Assembly (NCBI GenBank): GCA_963735785.1
Contig: CAVTMH010000001.1
Coordinates: 161,444-225,443 of the forward strand
DNA: 64,000 nucleotides
Reading direction: 5' to 3'
DNA from: an uncultured Chloroflexia bacterium
GTDB lineage: Bacteria; Chloroflexota; Limnocylindria; Limnocylindrales; CSP1-4
Shown here: positions 42,005 through 51,957 of the stretch, piece by piece
Layout of the letters: every line of letters begins with the position of its first letter
How positions within the stretch are numbered: the stretch's first letter is position 1
Translations under genes and position numbers: made by a program
The notes under the pieces: generated by a model
Database searches by the model: none
The model's input: the letters and a program-made list of their open reading frames with translations, nothing else
Told to the model about the DNA's origin: nothing

Positions 42005-45000
42005 TCAGCGGGAGGCCTTCGCCGCCGCGGTGGCCCGCTTCCGTGACGGCGTCGCGGGGACGGCCAGTGGAGCCCTGCCGTGGCCGTTGGTGCGGTCGCG
42101 ATCCGGGTCCAGGCGGCCGGCCTCCTCGGCGAATGAGACGTCCGAGAGCGGCACGAGGGGCTCGCCGCGCAGCACCCGGTCCAGGTACTCGGCGGTCGCC
42201 GACCCCGTCACCTTCGCGACCTGCTCCGGCGTGCCTTCCGCGATGATCTGCCCACCTCTGTCGCCGCCCTCCGGTCCGAGGTCGACGATCCAGTCGGCCG
42301 TCTTGATGACATCCAGGTTGTGCTCGATGACGAGGACGGTGTTCCCTCCGTCGACGAGGCGGTGAAGGACCTCGAGCAGCTTCTCCACGTCGGCGAAGTG
42401 GAGGCCGGTGGTCGGCTCGTCGAGGACATACAGGGTCCGACCAGTCGCCCGCCGCGAGAGCTCCGTCGAGAGCTTGACCCGCTGGGCCTCACCGCCGGAC
42501 AGCGTCGTGGCGGGCTGCCCAAGGTGAACGTAGCCGAGGCCCACATCGTTGAGCGTCTGGAGCTTGGCCCTGACATTCGGAACGGCCGAGAAGAACTCGA
42601 GCGCCTCGGCGATCGTCATCTCGAGGACGTCGGCGATCGACTTTCCCTTGAAGTGGATCTCGAGCGCCTCGCGGTTGTAGCGTTTGCCCTTGCAGACCTC
42701 GCAGGGGACGTACACATCGGGCAGGAACTGCATCTCGATCTTCAGGATCCCGTCGCCCTTGCAGTTCTCGCACCGACCACCCTTCACGTTGAACGAGAAG
42801 CGACCGGGCGAATAGCCGCGCACACGCGCCTCGGGTACGCCGGCGAACAGCTCGCGGATCGGCCCGAACAGCCCGGTATAGGTCGCCGGGTTCGATCGCG
42901 GGGTCCGCCCGATGGGGCTCTGGTCGATCTCGATGATCTTGTCGACGTGCTCGGCGCCGGCCAGCTTGTCGTGGGCGCCGACCGGTTCGCGCGAGCCATT
43001 GAGCTCGCGCGCGAGGGCCCGATACAGGACCTCCGTCACGAGCGTGCTCTTGCCGCTGCCCGAGACGCCGGTGACCGCGACGAACGTCCCGAGCGGCACG
43101 CGCAGGTTCACGTCGCGCAGGTTGTGTTCACGCGCCCCTTTCACGGCCAGTGCCTTGCCACTGCCCTTGCGGCGCTTCTTCGGGATCGGGACCTGGCGCT
43201 CGCCGCGCAGGTACGCCCCGGTGATCGAGCGAGGTTCGGCGAGAAGGGTCTCGAGCGGGCCGTTCGCGATGATCTCGCCACCATGCTCGCCCGCTCCGGG
43301 CCCGATGTCGACCACCCAATCCGCCGTCCGGATGGTCTCCTCGTCGTGCTCGACCACGAGGACCGTGTTGCCCAGGTCGCGAAGTCGGGTCAGGGTGGCG
43401 ATGAGCTTCGCGTTGTCACGCTGGTGGAGTCCGATCGACGGCTCGTCGAGGATGTACAGGACGCCCATCAGGGTCGTGCCGATCTGGGTCGCGAGCCGGA
43501 TCCGCTGGGCCTCGCCGCCCGAGAGCGTCACGCTCGTCCGGTCCATCGTGAGGTAGTCCAGGCCGACGTCGACCAGGAATCCGAGTCGCGCCACGATCTC
43601 CTTGACCACCTGGTAGGCGATCGCCCGTTCGCGCTCGTTGAGCGTGGCGCCCAGACCACTCGCCCAACGCAGCGCATCCTTGATGGACAGCGTCGCGATA
43701 TCCCAGATGTTGCGGTCACCGATGGTGACCGCGAGGATCTCGGGCCGCAGCCGCTTGCCGCCACAGGTCGGACAGGGCTTGCTGACCATGACCTTCTCGA
43801 TCTCGGTCTTGACGTAGTCGGAGTCCGTCTCGCGGTAGCGCCGCTCGAGGTTCGTGACGATGCCCTCGAAGTTGGCCTTGTAGGTGCTCTCGCCGCGCTC
43901 GTGGCGATAGCGCACCAGCACGCGCTCCTGGTCCTTCTTGGCGTACAGGAGGTAGTCGAGGGCTTCCTTGGGCAGCTTGCGCACCGGTGACGAGTAGTCC
44001 CAGCCGTGGGCCTTGCAGACCGCCTCGATGATCTTCATCCGCCAGGAGGCGTCGGTGGAGAGCAGCCCGCCGAGGCCCAGCGCACCCGCGCCCAGCGCCT
44101 TGCCCGGGTTCGGGATGAGCAGTGCCGGATCGATCTCGAGCTTCGTGCCGAGGCCGGCGCAGCTCGGGCAGGCCCCATGCGGCGAGTTGAACGAGAAGTT
44201 GCGCGGCTCCAGCTCGTCGATCGTGAACCCGTCGTACGGGCAGCTGTACTTCTCGCTGTACCGCAGCTCCTCGAAGGCCGGCGGCTCGTCGTCGCGGGGC
44301 GCCGGCGCGATCAAAACCACGCCCTCTCCGAGCCGCAGCGCCGTCTCGATCGAGTCGGACAGCCGGGAGGCGTCGGGATCGGGGATCACGACGCCCGTCA
44401 ACGGGTCGATCGGCCGTCCGTCGTCCGCCCGTGCCGCACCGTCGGGCGCTTCCGCGTGCCGGACGACGTAGCGATCGACGACCACCTCGATCGAGTGGCG
44501 CTTGTACTTATCGAGCTTCGGCGCGTCGGCGATGTCGTACAGCTCCCCGTCGACGCGGACGCGGACGAAGCCCTGCCGCCGAGCGGTGTCGACGATCCGG
44601 TCGCCCTCGGTCTTGCGGTCCTTGATCAACGGCCCGAGGACGAGCAGGCGCGTACCCTCCGGCAAGGCCAGGACCTGGTCCACGATCTGCTGCACGCTCT
44701 GGCGCTCGATGGCGTGGCCGTTCGGGCAGTGCGGGATGCCGATCCGCGCGAACAGCAGCCGCAGGTGGTCGTAGATCTCGGTGACGGTCCCGACCGTCGA
44801 CCGCGGATTGCGGCTCGCCCCCTTCTGGTCGATCGAGATCGCCGGGGAGAGGCCGTCGATCTGGTCGACGTCCGGCTTCTCCATCTGCCCGAGGAACTGC
44901 CGGGCATACGCCGACAGGCTCTCGACGTAGCGCCGCTGCCCCTCGGCGTAGATCGTGTCGAAGGCCAGGCTGGACTTGCCGGAGCCCGACAGACCGGTGA

Positions 45001-45091
45001 TGACGACGAGCCGATCGCGCGGGAAGGCGACCGTCACATCCTTGAGGTTGTGTTCGCGCGCTCCGCGCACGACGAGCTGGTCCTGGGGCAC
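42005..45091 (-). CDS. uvrA: excinuclease ABC subunit A
   Basis: 1028 aa with two ABC modules ([25 protein letters not shown], two LSGGE signatures) and Cys4 zinc modules. It has a GTG start. Confidence 0.97.
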   Translation of the reverse strand: MPQDQLVVRGAREHNLKDVTVAFPRDRLVVITGLSGSGKSSLAFDTIYAEGQRRYVESLSAYARQFLGQMEKPDVDQIDGLSPAISIDQKGASRNPRSTVGTVTEIYDHLRLLFARIGIPHCPNGHAIERQSVQQIVDQVLALPEGTRLLVLGPLIKDRKTEGDRIVDTARRQGFVRVRVDGELYDIADAPKLDKYKRHSIEVVVDRYVVRHAEAPDGAARADDGRPIDPLTGVVIPDPDASRLSDSIETALRLGEGVVLIAPAPRDDEPPAFEELRYSEKYSCPYDGFTIDELEPRNFSFNSPHGACPSCAGLGTKLEIDPALLIPNPGKALGAGALGLGGLLSTDASWRMKIIEAVCKAHGWDYSSPVRKLPKEALDYLLYAKKDQERVLVRYRHERGESTYKANFEGIVTNLERRYRETDSDYVKTEIEKVMVSKPCPTCGGKRLRPEILAVTIGDRNIWDIATLSIKDALRWASGLGATLNERERAIAYQVVKEIVARLGFLVDVGLDYLTMDRTSVTLSGGEAQRIRLATQIGTTLMGVLYILDEPSIGLHQRDNAKLIATLTRLRDLGNTVLVVEHDEETIRTADWVVDIGPGAGEHGGEIIANGPLETLLAEPRSITGAYLRGERQVPIPKKRRKGSGKALAVKGAREHNLRDVNLRVPLGTFVAVTGVSGSGKSTLVTEVLYRALARELNGSREPVGAHDKLAGAEHVDKIIEIDQSPIGRTPRSNPATYTGLFGPIRELFAGVPEARVRGYSPGRFSFNVKGGRCENCKGDGILKIEMQFLPDVYVPCEVCKGKRYNREALEIHFKGKSIADVLEMTIAEALEFFSAVPNVRAKLQTLNDVGLGYVHLGQPATTLSGGEAQRVKLSTELSRRATGRTLYVLDEPTTGLHFADVEKLLEVLHRLVDGGNTVLVIEHNLDVIKTADWIVDLGPEGGDRGGQIIAEGTPEQVAKVTGSATAEYLDRVLRGEPLVPLSDVSFAEEAGRLDPDRDRTNGHGRAPLAVPATPSRKRATAAAKASR

Positions 45092-45119
45092 GAACGAAGT
45101 CTACCGGATACCGATGATT

Positions 45120-45134
45120 TCGAACAGGTGTTCG
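45120..45134. promoter_or_regulatory. LexA-type SOS box upstream of uvrA
   Basis: TCGAACAGGTGTTCG (GAAC-N4-GTTC palindrome). On the minus strand, a TAGACT -10-like hexamer (45098-45103) lies 6 nt before the GTG start at 45091. Confidence 0.7.
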
Positions 45135-45143
45135 CGTCGGCCG

Positions 45144-47528
45144 TCAGCGCCGGCGACGGCCCGGGCGCTGGCCGGTGCGCTTGCGGATGTTCGGGGTGAC
45201 GGTGCGGTCCCAGGTGGGTCGCTCGGTCCAGCGGCCGGACCCGCCGGGAGCGTCGTCGTGCTCATCGCGGATGCCCGGCAGCCAGTCCGCCGCGGTCCCA
45301 TCGCCCACGCCGACCGGCTCGCCGTCCAGGGTCTCGGAGGGCTCCTCCTCGGCGGGGAGCACGGTCACGCTCATGACCTCCATGACGGGACCGGCCGCGA
45401 TCGCCGCTTCCGTTGCCCGCCGGCCGCGGGCCCGGTCTGCCGCGCCGGTCAGGCCTCCCCTTCCCTCCCCGGCCCCCGCCGTCGCCGCCGCCCGTTCGGC
45501 CGCTCGCGCGACGGTCACCGAGGCGTCCTGCTCCAGCACTCGCAACCGGATGTTCTGGATCTCGTCGCGCAGCGCGGCGGCCCGTTCGAACTCGAGCTCC
45601 TTCGCGGCCTGGCGCATCTCCGCCTCCATCCGCCCGACGAGGGCCTCGACCTTCTTGCGATCCGCCTCGTCGAATGAGCCCCCGGCCGCCCCACGCTCCG
45701 AGGTGTAGACGATGGCCGAGTCGGCGACCGCGCGGAGCCGCTCGTTGATGTCGTGGATGCCCTTGACGATGGTCGTCGGCTCGATGCCGTGTTCCGTGTT
45801 GTACGCGACCTGGATCGCCCGACGACGGTTCGTCTCATCGATGGCGACCTGCATCGACTCGGTCACCCGGTCCGCGTACATCACGACCTCACCGCCGATG
45901 TTCCGTGCCGCTCGGCCGATCATCTGGATCAGCGACCAGGCGGAACGCAGGAACCCCTCCTTGTCCGCGTCGAGGATGGCGACCAGCGTCACCTCCGGCA
46001 GGTCGATGCCCTCGCGGAGCAGGTTGATCCCGACGAGGACGTCGAACACCCCCAGGCGGAGGTCGCGCAGGATGGCCACGCGCTCGAGCGTGTCGACCTC
46101 GCTGTGGAGGTACTGGACCTTGACCCCGAGCTCCTTGAGGTAGTCGGTGAGATCCTCGGCCATCTTCTTCGTGAGCGTCGTGACGAGCGCGCGCTCGCCG
46201 CGCTCCACCCGCCCCCGGATCTCCTCGAGCAAGTCGTCGATCTGGCCCTCCGTGGGCCGGACCGTGATCTCCGGGTCCACGACGCCGGTCGGGCGGATGA
46301 GCTGCTGGGCGATGTTCCCCTGGCTTCGTTCCAGCTCGTACGGCCCCGGTGTCGCGCTCATGTAGATAGCCTGGCTGACGGTCGCCTCGAACTCCTCGAA
46401 CGTCAGCGGCCGGTTGTCGAGCGCGGACGGCAGGCGGAACCCGAAGTCGACGAGGATCTCCTTGCGCGTGCGGTCGTTCTTGTACATCCCGACGACCTGC
46501 GGGATGGTCATATGCGACTCGTCCACGACCAGGAGCCAATCGGGCGGGAAGTAGTCCAGGAGCGTCCACGGGCGGGACCCCGCCTCCCGACGGGCCAGGT
46601 GGCGGGAGTAGTTCTCGACGCCCGTGCAATAGCCGAGCTCGCGCAGCATCTCGAGGTCGAATGTCGTCCGCTGGCGGAGACGTGCCGCCTCGAGCACGCG
46701 GCCCTCCGTCTCGAGCTCGCCGACCCGCACCTCCATCTCGGCTTCGATGTCGACGATGGCTTCCTTGAGCTTGTCGGCCGGCGTCACGAAGTGGGTCGCC
46801 GGGTAGATGTTCGTCTCCTTGCGCTCGGCGAGCAGCTCGCCGGTGAGGGGGTCGAGCTCCGTGATGCGCTCCACATCGTCGCCGAAGAACTCGACCCGCA
46901 CGAGCGTCTCCTCCGACGCGGGCTGCAGCTCGAGCGTGTCGCCCCGGACCCGGAAACGTGCGCGAGTGAGGGCCTGGTCGTTGCGCTGGTACTGCAGGTC
47001 GACGAGGTGGCGCAGGACGGCGTCGCGACGGTACTTGCCGCCGACACGCAACTTGAGGACCGTCGCGCCGTAGTCGACCGGCGCGCCGAGACCGTAGATG
47101 CACGACACGCTGGCCACGATGATCACGTCCCGCCGCTCGAACAGGGCGTGGGTGGCGGCATGCCGCAGCCGGTCGATCTCGTCGTTGCGCGAGGAATCCT
47201 TCTCGATGTACGTGTCGCTTCGGGGCAGGTACGCCTCCGGCTGGTAGTAGTCGAAGTAGCTGACGAAGTACTCGACCGCGTTGTTCGGGAAGAACTCGCG
47301 GAATTCCGCGTACAGCTGGGCCGCCAGGGTCTTGTTGTGGGCGAGCACGAGGGTGGGCTTGTTGTGCTCCTTGATGACGTTGGCGAGCGTCCAGGTCTTG
47401 CCGGATCCGGTCACCCCGAGCAGGGTCTGGTGACGCTCGCCGGCGGCGAGCCCCGTCGACAGGCGCTCGATCGCCGTGGGCTGGTCGCCGGTCGGCTGGA
47501 ATGGGGCAACGAGCTCGAAATCGGGCAC
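45144..47528 (-). CDS. uvrB: excinuclease ABC subunit B with extended C-terminal tail
   Basis: 794 aa with [19 protein letters not shown], helicase motifs and the UVR domain ([15 protein letters not shown]), followed by about 110 additional residues. It has a GTG start. Confidence 0.97.
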   Translation of the reverse strand: MPDFELVAPFQPTGDQPTAIERLSTGLAAGERHQTLLGVTGSGKTWTLANVIKEHNKPTLVLAHNKTLAAQLYAEFREFFPNNAVEYFVSYFDYYQPEAYLPRSDTYIEKDSSRNDEIDRLRHAATHALFERRDVIIVASVSCIYGLGAPVDYGATVLKLRVGGKYRRDAVLRHLVDLQYQRNDQALTRARFRVRGDTLELQPASEETLVRVEFFGDDVERITELDPLTGELLAERKETNIYPATHFVTPADKLKEAIVDIEAEMEVRVGELETEGRVLEAARLRQRTTFDLEMLRELGYCTGVENYSRHLARREAGSRPWTLLDYFPPDWLLVVDESHMTIPQVVGMYKNDRTRKEILVDFGFRLPSALDNRPLTFEEFEATVSQAIYMSATPGPYELERSQGNIAQQLIRPTGVVDPEITVRPTEGQIDDLLEEIRGRVERGERALVTTLTKKMAEDLTDYLKELGVKVQYLHSEVDTLERVAILRDLRLGVFDVLVGINLLREGIDLPEVTLVAILDADKEGFLRSAWSLIQMIGRAARNIGGEVVMYADRVTESMQVAIDETNRRRAIQVAYNTEHGIEPTTIVKGIHDINERLRAVADSAIVYTSERGAAGGSFDEADRKKVEALVGRMEAEMRQAAKELEFERAAALRDEIQNIRLRVLEQDASVTVARAAERAAATAGAGEGRGGLTGAADRARGRRATEAAIAAGPVMEVMSVTVLPAEEEPSETLDGEPVGVGDGTAADWLPGIRDEHDDAPGGSGRWTERPTWDRTVTPNIRKRTGQRPGRRRR

Positions 47529-47556
47529 GTCGGAATTCTACCGGACGGCGGCACTT

Positions 47557-47571
47557 TCGAACAGGTGTTCG
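47557..47571. promoter_or_regulatory. LexA-type SOS box upstream of uvrB
   Basis: This 15-mer, TCGAACAGGTGTTCG, is identical to the uvrA box. A TAGAAT -10-like hexamer (47535-47540, minus strand) lies 6 nt before the GTG start at 47528. Confidence 0.7.
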
Positions 47572-47716
47572 GTCGTGCTCGGGTCGTGCGCGGCCCGGCC
47601 CCGTCGCCGGGCCCGTACCCCGGTTGCCGGGCGCGGTGGGACGAACGAGTGATACCGGCCAACGGGCGTCGGCCCGGACACTCCCTGCGTCACCACAGGA
47701 GGTCGACCGACTCCGC

Positions 47717-48328
47717 ATGCGCATCGTCCGCCGCTCCCGCCGCACCGCCGCGCTCCGGCTCGCCCCGCCCAGCGCTCCCGCGCGGCCGTCTGTCGCGCCC
47801 GATCGCGCCCGCGCCGCCCACGACGCCCACTGCGCGCACGGTCAGAGCCTGGTCGAGTTCGCGCTCGTGATGCTGCCGCTGTTCATCATCCTGCTCGGGA
47901 TCATCCAGTTCGGCTTCATCTTCAATGCCTACGTGACGATCACGAATGCCTCGCGGGAAGGCGCGCGGATCGGCACGGTCTACGTGTACGACGCCAACCT
48001 GTCGAAGGCCCAGAACGACCTGGCCCGCAATAACGCGATCAAGACCACGCTCATCAACTCGATGAACCTGCTCACCAAGACCGCGCCGAATTTCACGACG
48101 TCCACGACCTGGTCCCAGAGCGGGACCACCTACACGAACGGCGATCTGGTCGTCACCTACTCGAACCCGGCCGGCGTCACCGAGACCGACGCCCGGGTCG
48201 GGCAGCAGATCACCGTCCGAGCACACTATCACCAGGACCTGATCATCCCGATGATCGCGCAGCTCCTGCCGCGCGATGCCAACGGTCGCCTCGGGCTGAT
48301 CTCCGAAGTCACGATGGTCGCCAACTGA
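47717..48328 (+). CDS. TadE-like pilus-assembly (pseudopilin-like) protein
   Basis: GQSLVEFALVMLPLFIILLGIIQFGFIFNAYVTITNASREGAR is the TadE N-terminal signature. The ATG at 47717 is tentative. Confidence 0.7.
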   Translation: MRIVRRSRRTAALRLAPPSAPARPSVAPDRARAAHDAHCAHGQSLVEFALVMLPLFIILLGIIQFGFIFNAYVTITNASREGARIGTVYVYDANLSKAQNDLARNNAIKTTLINSMNLLTKTAPNFTTSTTWSQSGTTYTNGDLVVTYSNPAGVTETDARVGQQITVRAHYHQDLIIPMIAQLLPRDANGRLGLISEVTMVAN

Positions 48329-50247
48329 TGGCGAGGCGACGAGCCGGACATCCCGATGGGGCACGCGGGCAGGTCATCGTGATCTTCGCGCTGTCGCTCG
48401 TGTTGCTGATGGCGGTCGCCGGGCTGGCGTTCGATATCGGACGGTTCTACAGCGAAAAACGATTCCTGCAGAATGCCGCCGATGCCGGGGCGCTGGCGGT
48501 CGCGAACGCCCTCATCCGTGGCGAGACCGCGACGGACGCCGAGGCCGAGGGGCGCGACGTCCTGACCCGCAACCTTCTCGGAAGCCCGACCGGCACCACG
48601 GCCGTCGTGGCCGCGACGCCGCAGTACGAATCGGGCCACGCCGGTGATCCGGCGTACCTGATCAGCGGGATCCTCATCACGTCCGGTGGCGACGTCCGTG
48701 TCGCGATCCGGAGCAATGTGTCCTACACCTTCGGCCGTGTCGTGGGCCTCGGATCCGCGGTGGTCAGCGGCCAGGCACGCGTCGCCAGCAAGGGCGACCT
48801 GCTCCCGATCGCCGTCCGGCACTACATCAACGCCCCGGGGCCGTTCGCTGGCGCCGTCGCACCCTGCGACGGGAACACGAATCACTTCCAGGACCTGATC
48901 TCGACCGCGAACACCTCGTGTCTCGGCAGCATGACCGACGGGACGCTCCGGTCGATGCCCAACCCTGGTTCCCCGTTCAACCCCTCGACGCCCGACGACG
49001 ACCCGGTCAACCACGGCCCGATCATCGCCCTGGTCGGGCAGGGTGCGTCGCCGTCGAACGCCGCCAGCTTCCGCGGGTTCGTGGCGCTCGACATCCGCAA
49101 TTTCCAGTACCAGTCGCCGCCATCGAACGTGTTCTACAACGGCGTGACTGCCGGCATGAACGCGAACACGATCAAGGACATCGAGGCCGGCTGGGTCGCG
49201 GGGGGCTACCCGGGTCCGGACTTCCCACCGGTGACGGTCCCGCCCGACCCCAACGACCAGGTCGGGATCATGGACGGCAACTCGTCGGGAATCATCGTCG
49301 ACGAGATCGACGAGCGCTACAGCCCGGGCGACGAAATCCTCGCCGCGGTCTACTCCGGGACGGTCCAGAGCATCCCGGACTTCGCGTACACGGTCGCCAC
49401 GACCGCCACCATCAACACGAACCAGAACCGCAACAACGCGATCTCGATGAACGTGACGAAGAACGCCTCGTTCACCGGCGTCGTCGCCACGAGTGCGTTC
49501 CCCGACTGGGGCGACGCCGGTCATCCCTGGGGGACGACGCTGACGCCGCTCACGTTCACGCCGAGCCCCCTCACACCGAACGGCACGGTCACGTGGTCGA
49601 CCTTCCAGACCACCGGGGCGCCACAGGGCGTGTACACCGTCTGGATCCAGGGACATTCATCGGACCCGGTCCTGCTCGACCACTACTACCCGGTGGGCAT
49701 CGCGATCGGCAGCGTGAACCGGGACTTCTCAACGAGCTCGGGGGCGTACATCGCGCTGGCCAATACCGGCGCGACCGGCACCGCTCCGGTCACCGTGAGC
49801 ACCACCAACAACAACGGCACCTTCTTCGGAGGCACCGTCAGCCTGAGCATCGAGGGCGGTGCGGACGCGAACGGCGTCCTGCCGTCCGGGATCGGCACGG
49901 TCAGCGTGTCGCCGTCCACCATCACGCTCAACAGGGGCACCAGCCAGACCGCGACGGTCTCCGTCAACGGCGGGACCCTCGGCCCGGGCGTCTATTCCCT
50001 GACCCTTCGTGTCACCGGCATGAACTCGGCGGGGCAGCCGGCCACACGCCTGGTCCCGATCACGCTGACGATCGCGACCGCCAGCACCTCCAACGAATAT
50101 GTCGACATCCTCGGCTTTACGACGTTCCGGATCACCGGAATGGACAGCAACGCCGTCTACGGCTACGCCATCTCAGGCGTGTACGCCGACATGAACGATC
50201 CCGCGTTGCGCCGCGGTCAGGTGGCGCGACTCGTGCCCTGGAACTAG
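48328..50247 (+). CDS. TadG-like large pilus-associated surface protein
   Basis: The N-terminus GQVIVIFALSLVLLMAVAGLAFDIGRFYSEKRFLQNAADAGALAVA matches the TadE/G-like (Tad) domain. About 550 further residues are Thr/Asn/Ser/Gly-rich and beta-rich. Its start overlaps the tadE-like stop. Confidence 0.7.
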   Translation: MARRRAGHPDGARGQVIVIFALSLVLLMAVAGLAFDIGRFYSEKRFLQNAADAGALAVANALIRGETATDAEAEGRDVLTRNLLGSPTGTTAVVAATPQYESGHAGDPAYLISGILITSGGDVRVAIRSNVSYTFGRVVGLGSAVVSGQARVASKGDLLPIAVRHYINAPGPFAGAVAPCDGNTNHFQDLISTANTSCLGSMTDGTLRSMPNPGSPFNPSTPDDDPVNHGPIIALVGQGASPSNAASFRGFVALDIRNFQYQSPPSNVFYNGVTAGMNANTIKDIEAGWVAGGYPGPDFPPVTVPPDPNDQVGIMDGNSSGIIVDEIDERYSPGDEILAAVYSGTVQSIPDFAYTVATTATINTNQNRNNAISMNVTKNASFTGVVATSAFPDWGDAGHPWGTTLTPLTFTPSPLTPNGTVTWSTFQTTGAPQGVYTVWIQGHSSDPVLLDHYYPVGIAIGSVNRDFSTSSGAYIALANTGATGTAPVTVSTTNNNGTFFGGTVSLSIEGGADANGVLPSGIGTVSVSPSTITLNRGTSQTATVSVNGGTLGPGVYSLTLRVTGMNSAGQPATRLVPITLTIATASTSNEYVDILGFTTFRITGMDSNAVYGYAISGVYADMNDPALRRGQVARLVPWN

Positions 50248-50286
50248 CCGGGCGGGCACGGCATCACCCAAGTCGGAGGCACATTC

Positions 50287-51186
50287 GTGGAGATGGAATA
50301 CAAGGACCCGAGCCGTCGGGGCCGCTACATCGTGATCGTCGGCGTCATCCTGGCGCTCGTCGCCGGGGCGGCGGCGTTCTACCTGATCAGCACCGCCCAG
50401 CAGCAAGCCGGCCAGGCCGGGCTCCAGCGCGTGTCGGTCGTGGTCGCGCTGCAGACCATCCCGGCACGCAAGTTGATCGAGGCCACGGACCTGGAGGTCC
50501 GGGAGGTGCCACTCGACCCGACCAACGCCCAGGGCATCGTCTCGACCCCGGACAAGGTCATCGGACGCGTACCGTCGGTCACGATCCTCGCTGGTCAGAT
50601 GGTCACGACGAATCTGATGGCCTCGAGCGCCGAGGGCGGGCAGTTCTCGGTCCTTGGCCCCGACGAGTCGATCGGTCCCGACAGCCCGGTGTGGCGTGCC
50701 ATCTCGGTGACGGTCCCGGACGACCGGGCGGTCGGTGGTCTGCTCACCGCCAACCAGACCGTCGACGTCTTCGTCACGGCCAGCGTCAATGTCCTCACGA
50801 CCTCGGACGTCGGGGTGGGTGATGAGGGGTTCTACTCCGACAAGTCCACGAAGATCAGCTACCAGAACATGCTGATCCTGGCCAAGGCGGGGACGTTCTA
50901 CATCCTCAAGGCGCCGATCGACGTGGCAGAGGAGATCTCGCATCTCCAGGCCAGCGGGGCATCTTCGTTCAGCCTCGCCCTGCGACCCGACGTGGACACC
51001 CGCCAGGTCGATGCATCGGTCCTGGGCACCACGACGAACGACGTGATCATCCGGTACGGCCTCCCGGTCCCGGTCGTGTACCCACCGTTCGAAGGCCCCC
51101 TGCCGACACCCGCGCCGACGCCGATCGCGACGCCGGGACCGACGCCGACCGCCACGGCGGCCACTTCGCCAAGCCCCTCACCCTAG
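50287..51186 (+). CDS. cpaB: Flp-pilus assembly protein CpaB/RcpC (SAF domain)
   Basis: It has an N-terminal TM helix, then VSVVVALQTIPARKLIEATDLEVREVPLD...GRVPSVTILAGQMVTTNLM, a SAF/RcpC pattern, and a Pro/Thr/Ala tail. Confidence 0.75.
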   Translation: MEMEYKDPSRRGRYIVIVGVILALVAGAAAFYLISTAQQQAGQAGLQRVSVVVALQTIPARKLIEATDLEVREVPLDPTNAQGIVSTPDKVIGRVPSVTILAGQMVTTNLMASSAEGGQFSVLGPDESIGPDSPVWRAISVTVPDDRAVGGLLTANQTVDVFVTASVNVLTTSDVGVGDEGFYSDKSTKISYQNMLILAKAGTFYILKAPIDVAEEISHLQASGASSFSLALRPDVDTRQVDASVLGTTTNDVIIRYGLPVPVVYPPFEGPLPTPAPTPIATPGPTPTATAATSPSPSP

Positions 51187-51278
51187 CGTCCGCCAGCCAG
51201 CTTCCATCTCCGCGCCGCTGACCCGGCGCGCCTCCCGGCCGTCCGGGCTGCCTCGGTGGCCCGGACGGCCGCTCGAAT

Positions 51279-51905
51279 TCATGCCGGGGCGAGGGCGCGC
51301 TCCAGAAGTTCGAGGGCATGCGAACGGGTCACGGCGGGCGCCTCGCCCGTGTCGAGGACGTGGCTCGCGGCAGGTCGCAGCCGAGTCGCAAGGTCGCCCT
51401 GGGCGGCGATCCGCTCGCGGGCATCGCCGATCGCGGTCCCCCGCTCGACCAGCCGCTGCAGCTGCGCCTCCACGGGACAGGTGATCAGCCATACCTCGTC
51501 GCACAGCTCGGCGAGCCCGCCCTCGACGAGCTTGATGGCCTCGATCACGACCGCTGTGGCACCGGCGGCCCCGGCAGCCGCGAGCTCGGCGAGGATGCGC
51601 GGCCGAACCGCGGGGTGGACGATCGACTCGAGGTCCCGCAGGGCGTCGGGGTCGGAGAACACGATGCGCCCCAGGGCGGCGCGATCGAGCGTGCCGTCCG
51701 GCTGCCGCAGGTCTCCGCCGAAGCGCAGATAGACGGCCTCGACCTCGGCCGTACCCGGAGCCAGCACGTCGCGGGCCACACGGTCGGCGTCGACGACGAC
51801 CACGCCCGGTGTCGCGCCGAGCCAACCCGCTACGGTGGACTTGCCGCAGCCGATCGGCCCGGTGACCCCGATCCGAACGGGGCGGGCTCCCCGGCGTACG
51901 GTCAC
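51279..51905 (-). CDS. coaE: dephospho-CoA kinase
   Basis: GTG at 51905. It contains RIGVTGPIGCGKSTVAGWL...VVDADRVARDV...IVHPAVR. The ORF-track start further upstream would overlap the ABC-F gene. Confidence 0.85.
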   Translation of the reverse strand: MTVRRGARPVRIGVTGPIGCGKSTVAGWLGATPGVVVVDADRVARDVLAPGTAEVEAVYLRFGGDLRQPDGTLDRAALGRIVFSDPDALRDLESIVHPAVRPRILAELAAAGAAGATAVVIEAIKLVEGGLAELCDEVWLITCPVEAQLQRLVERGTAIGDARERIAAQGDLATRLRPAASHVLDTGEAPAVTRSHALELLERALAPA

Positions 51906-51957
51906 GGTGCCCTCCGAGGCCCGAGGCGGAGGTCTCCGACGCGAGCGACCCGACAAT

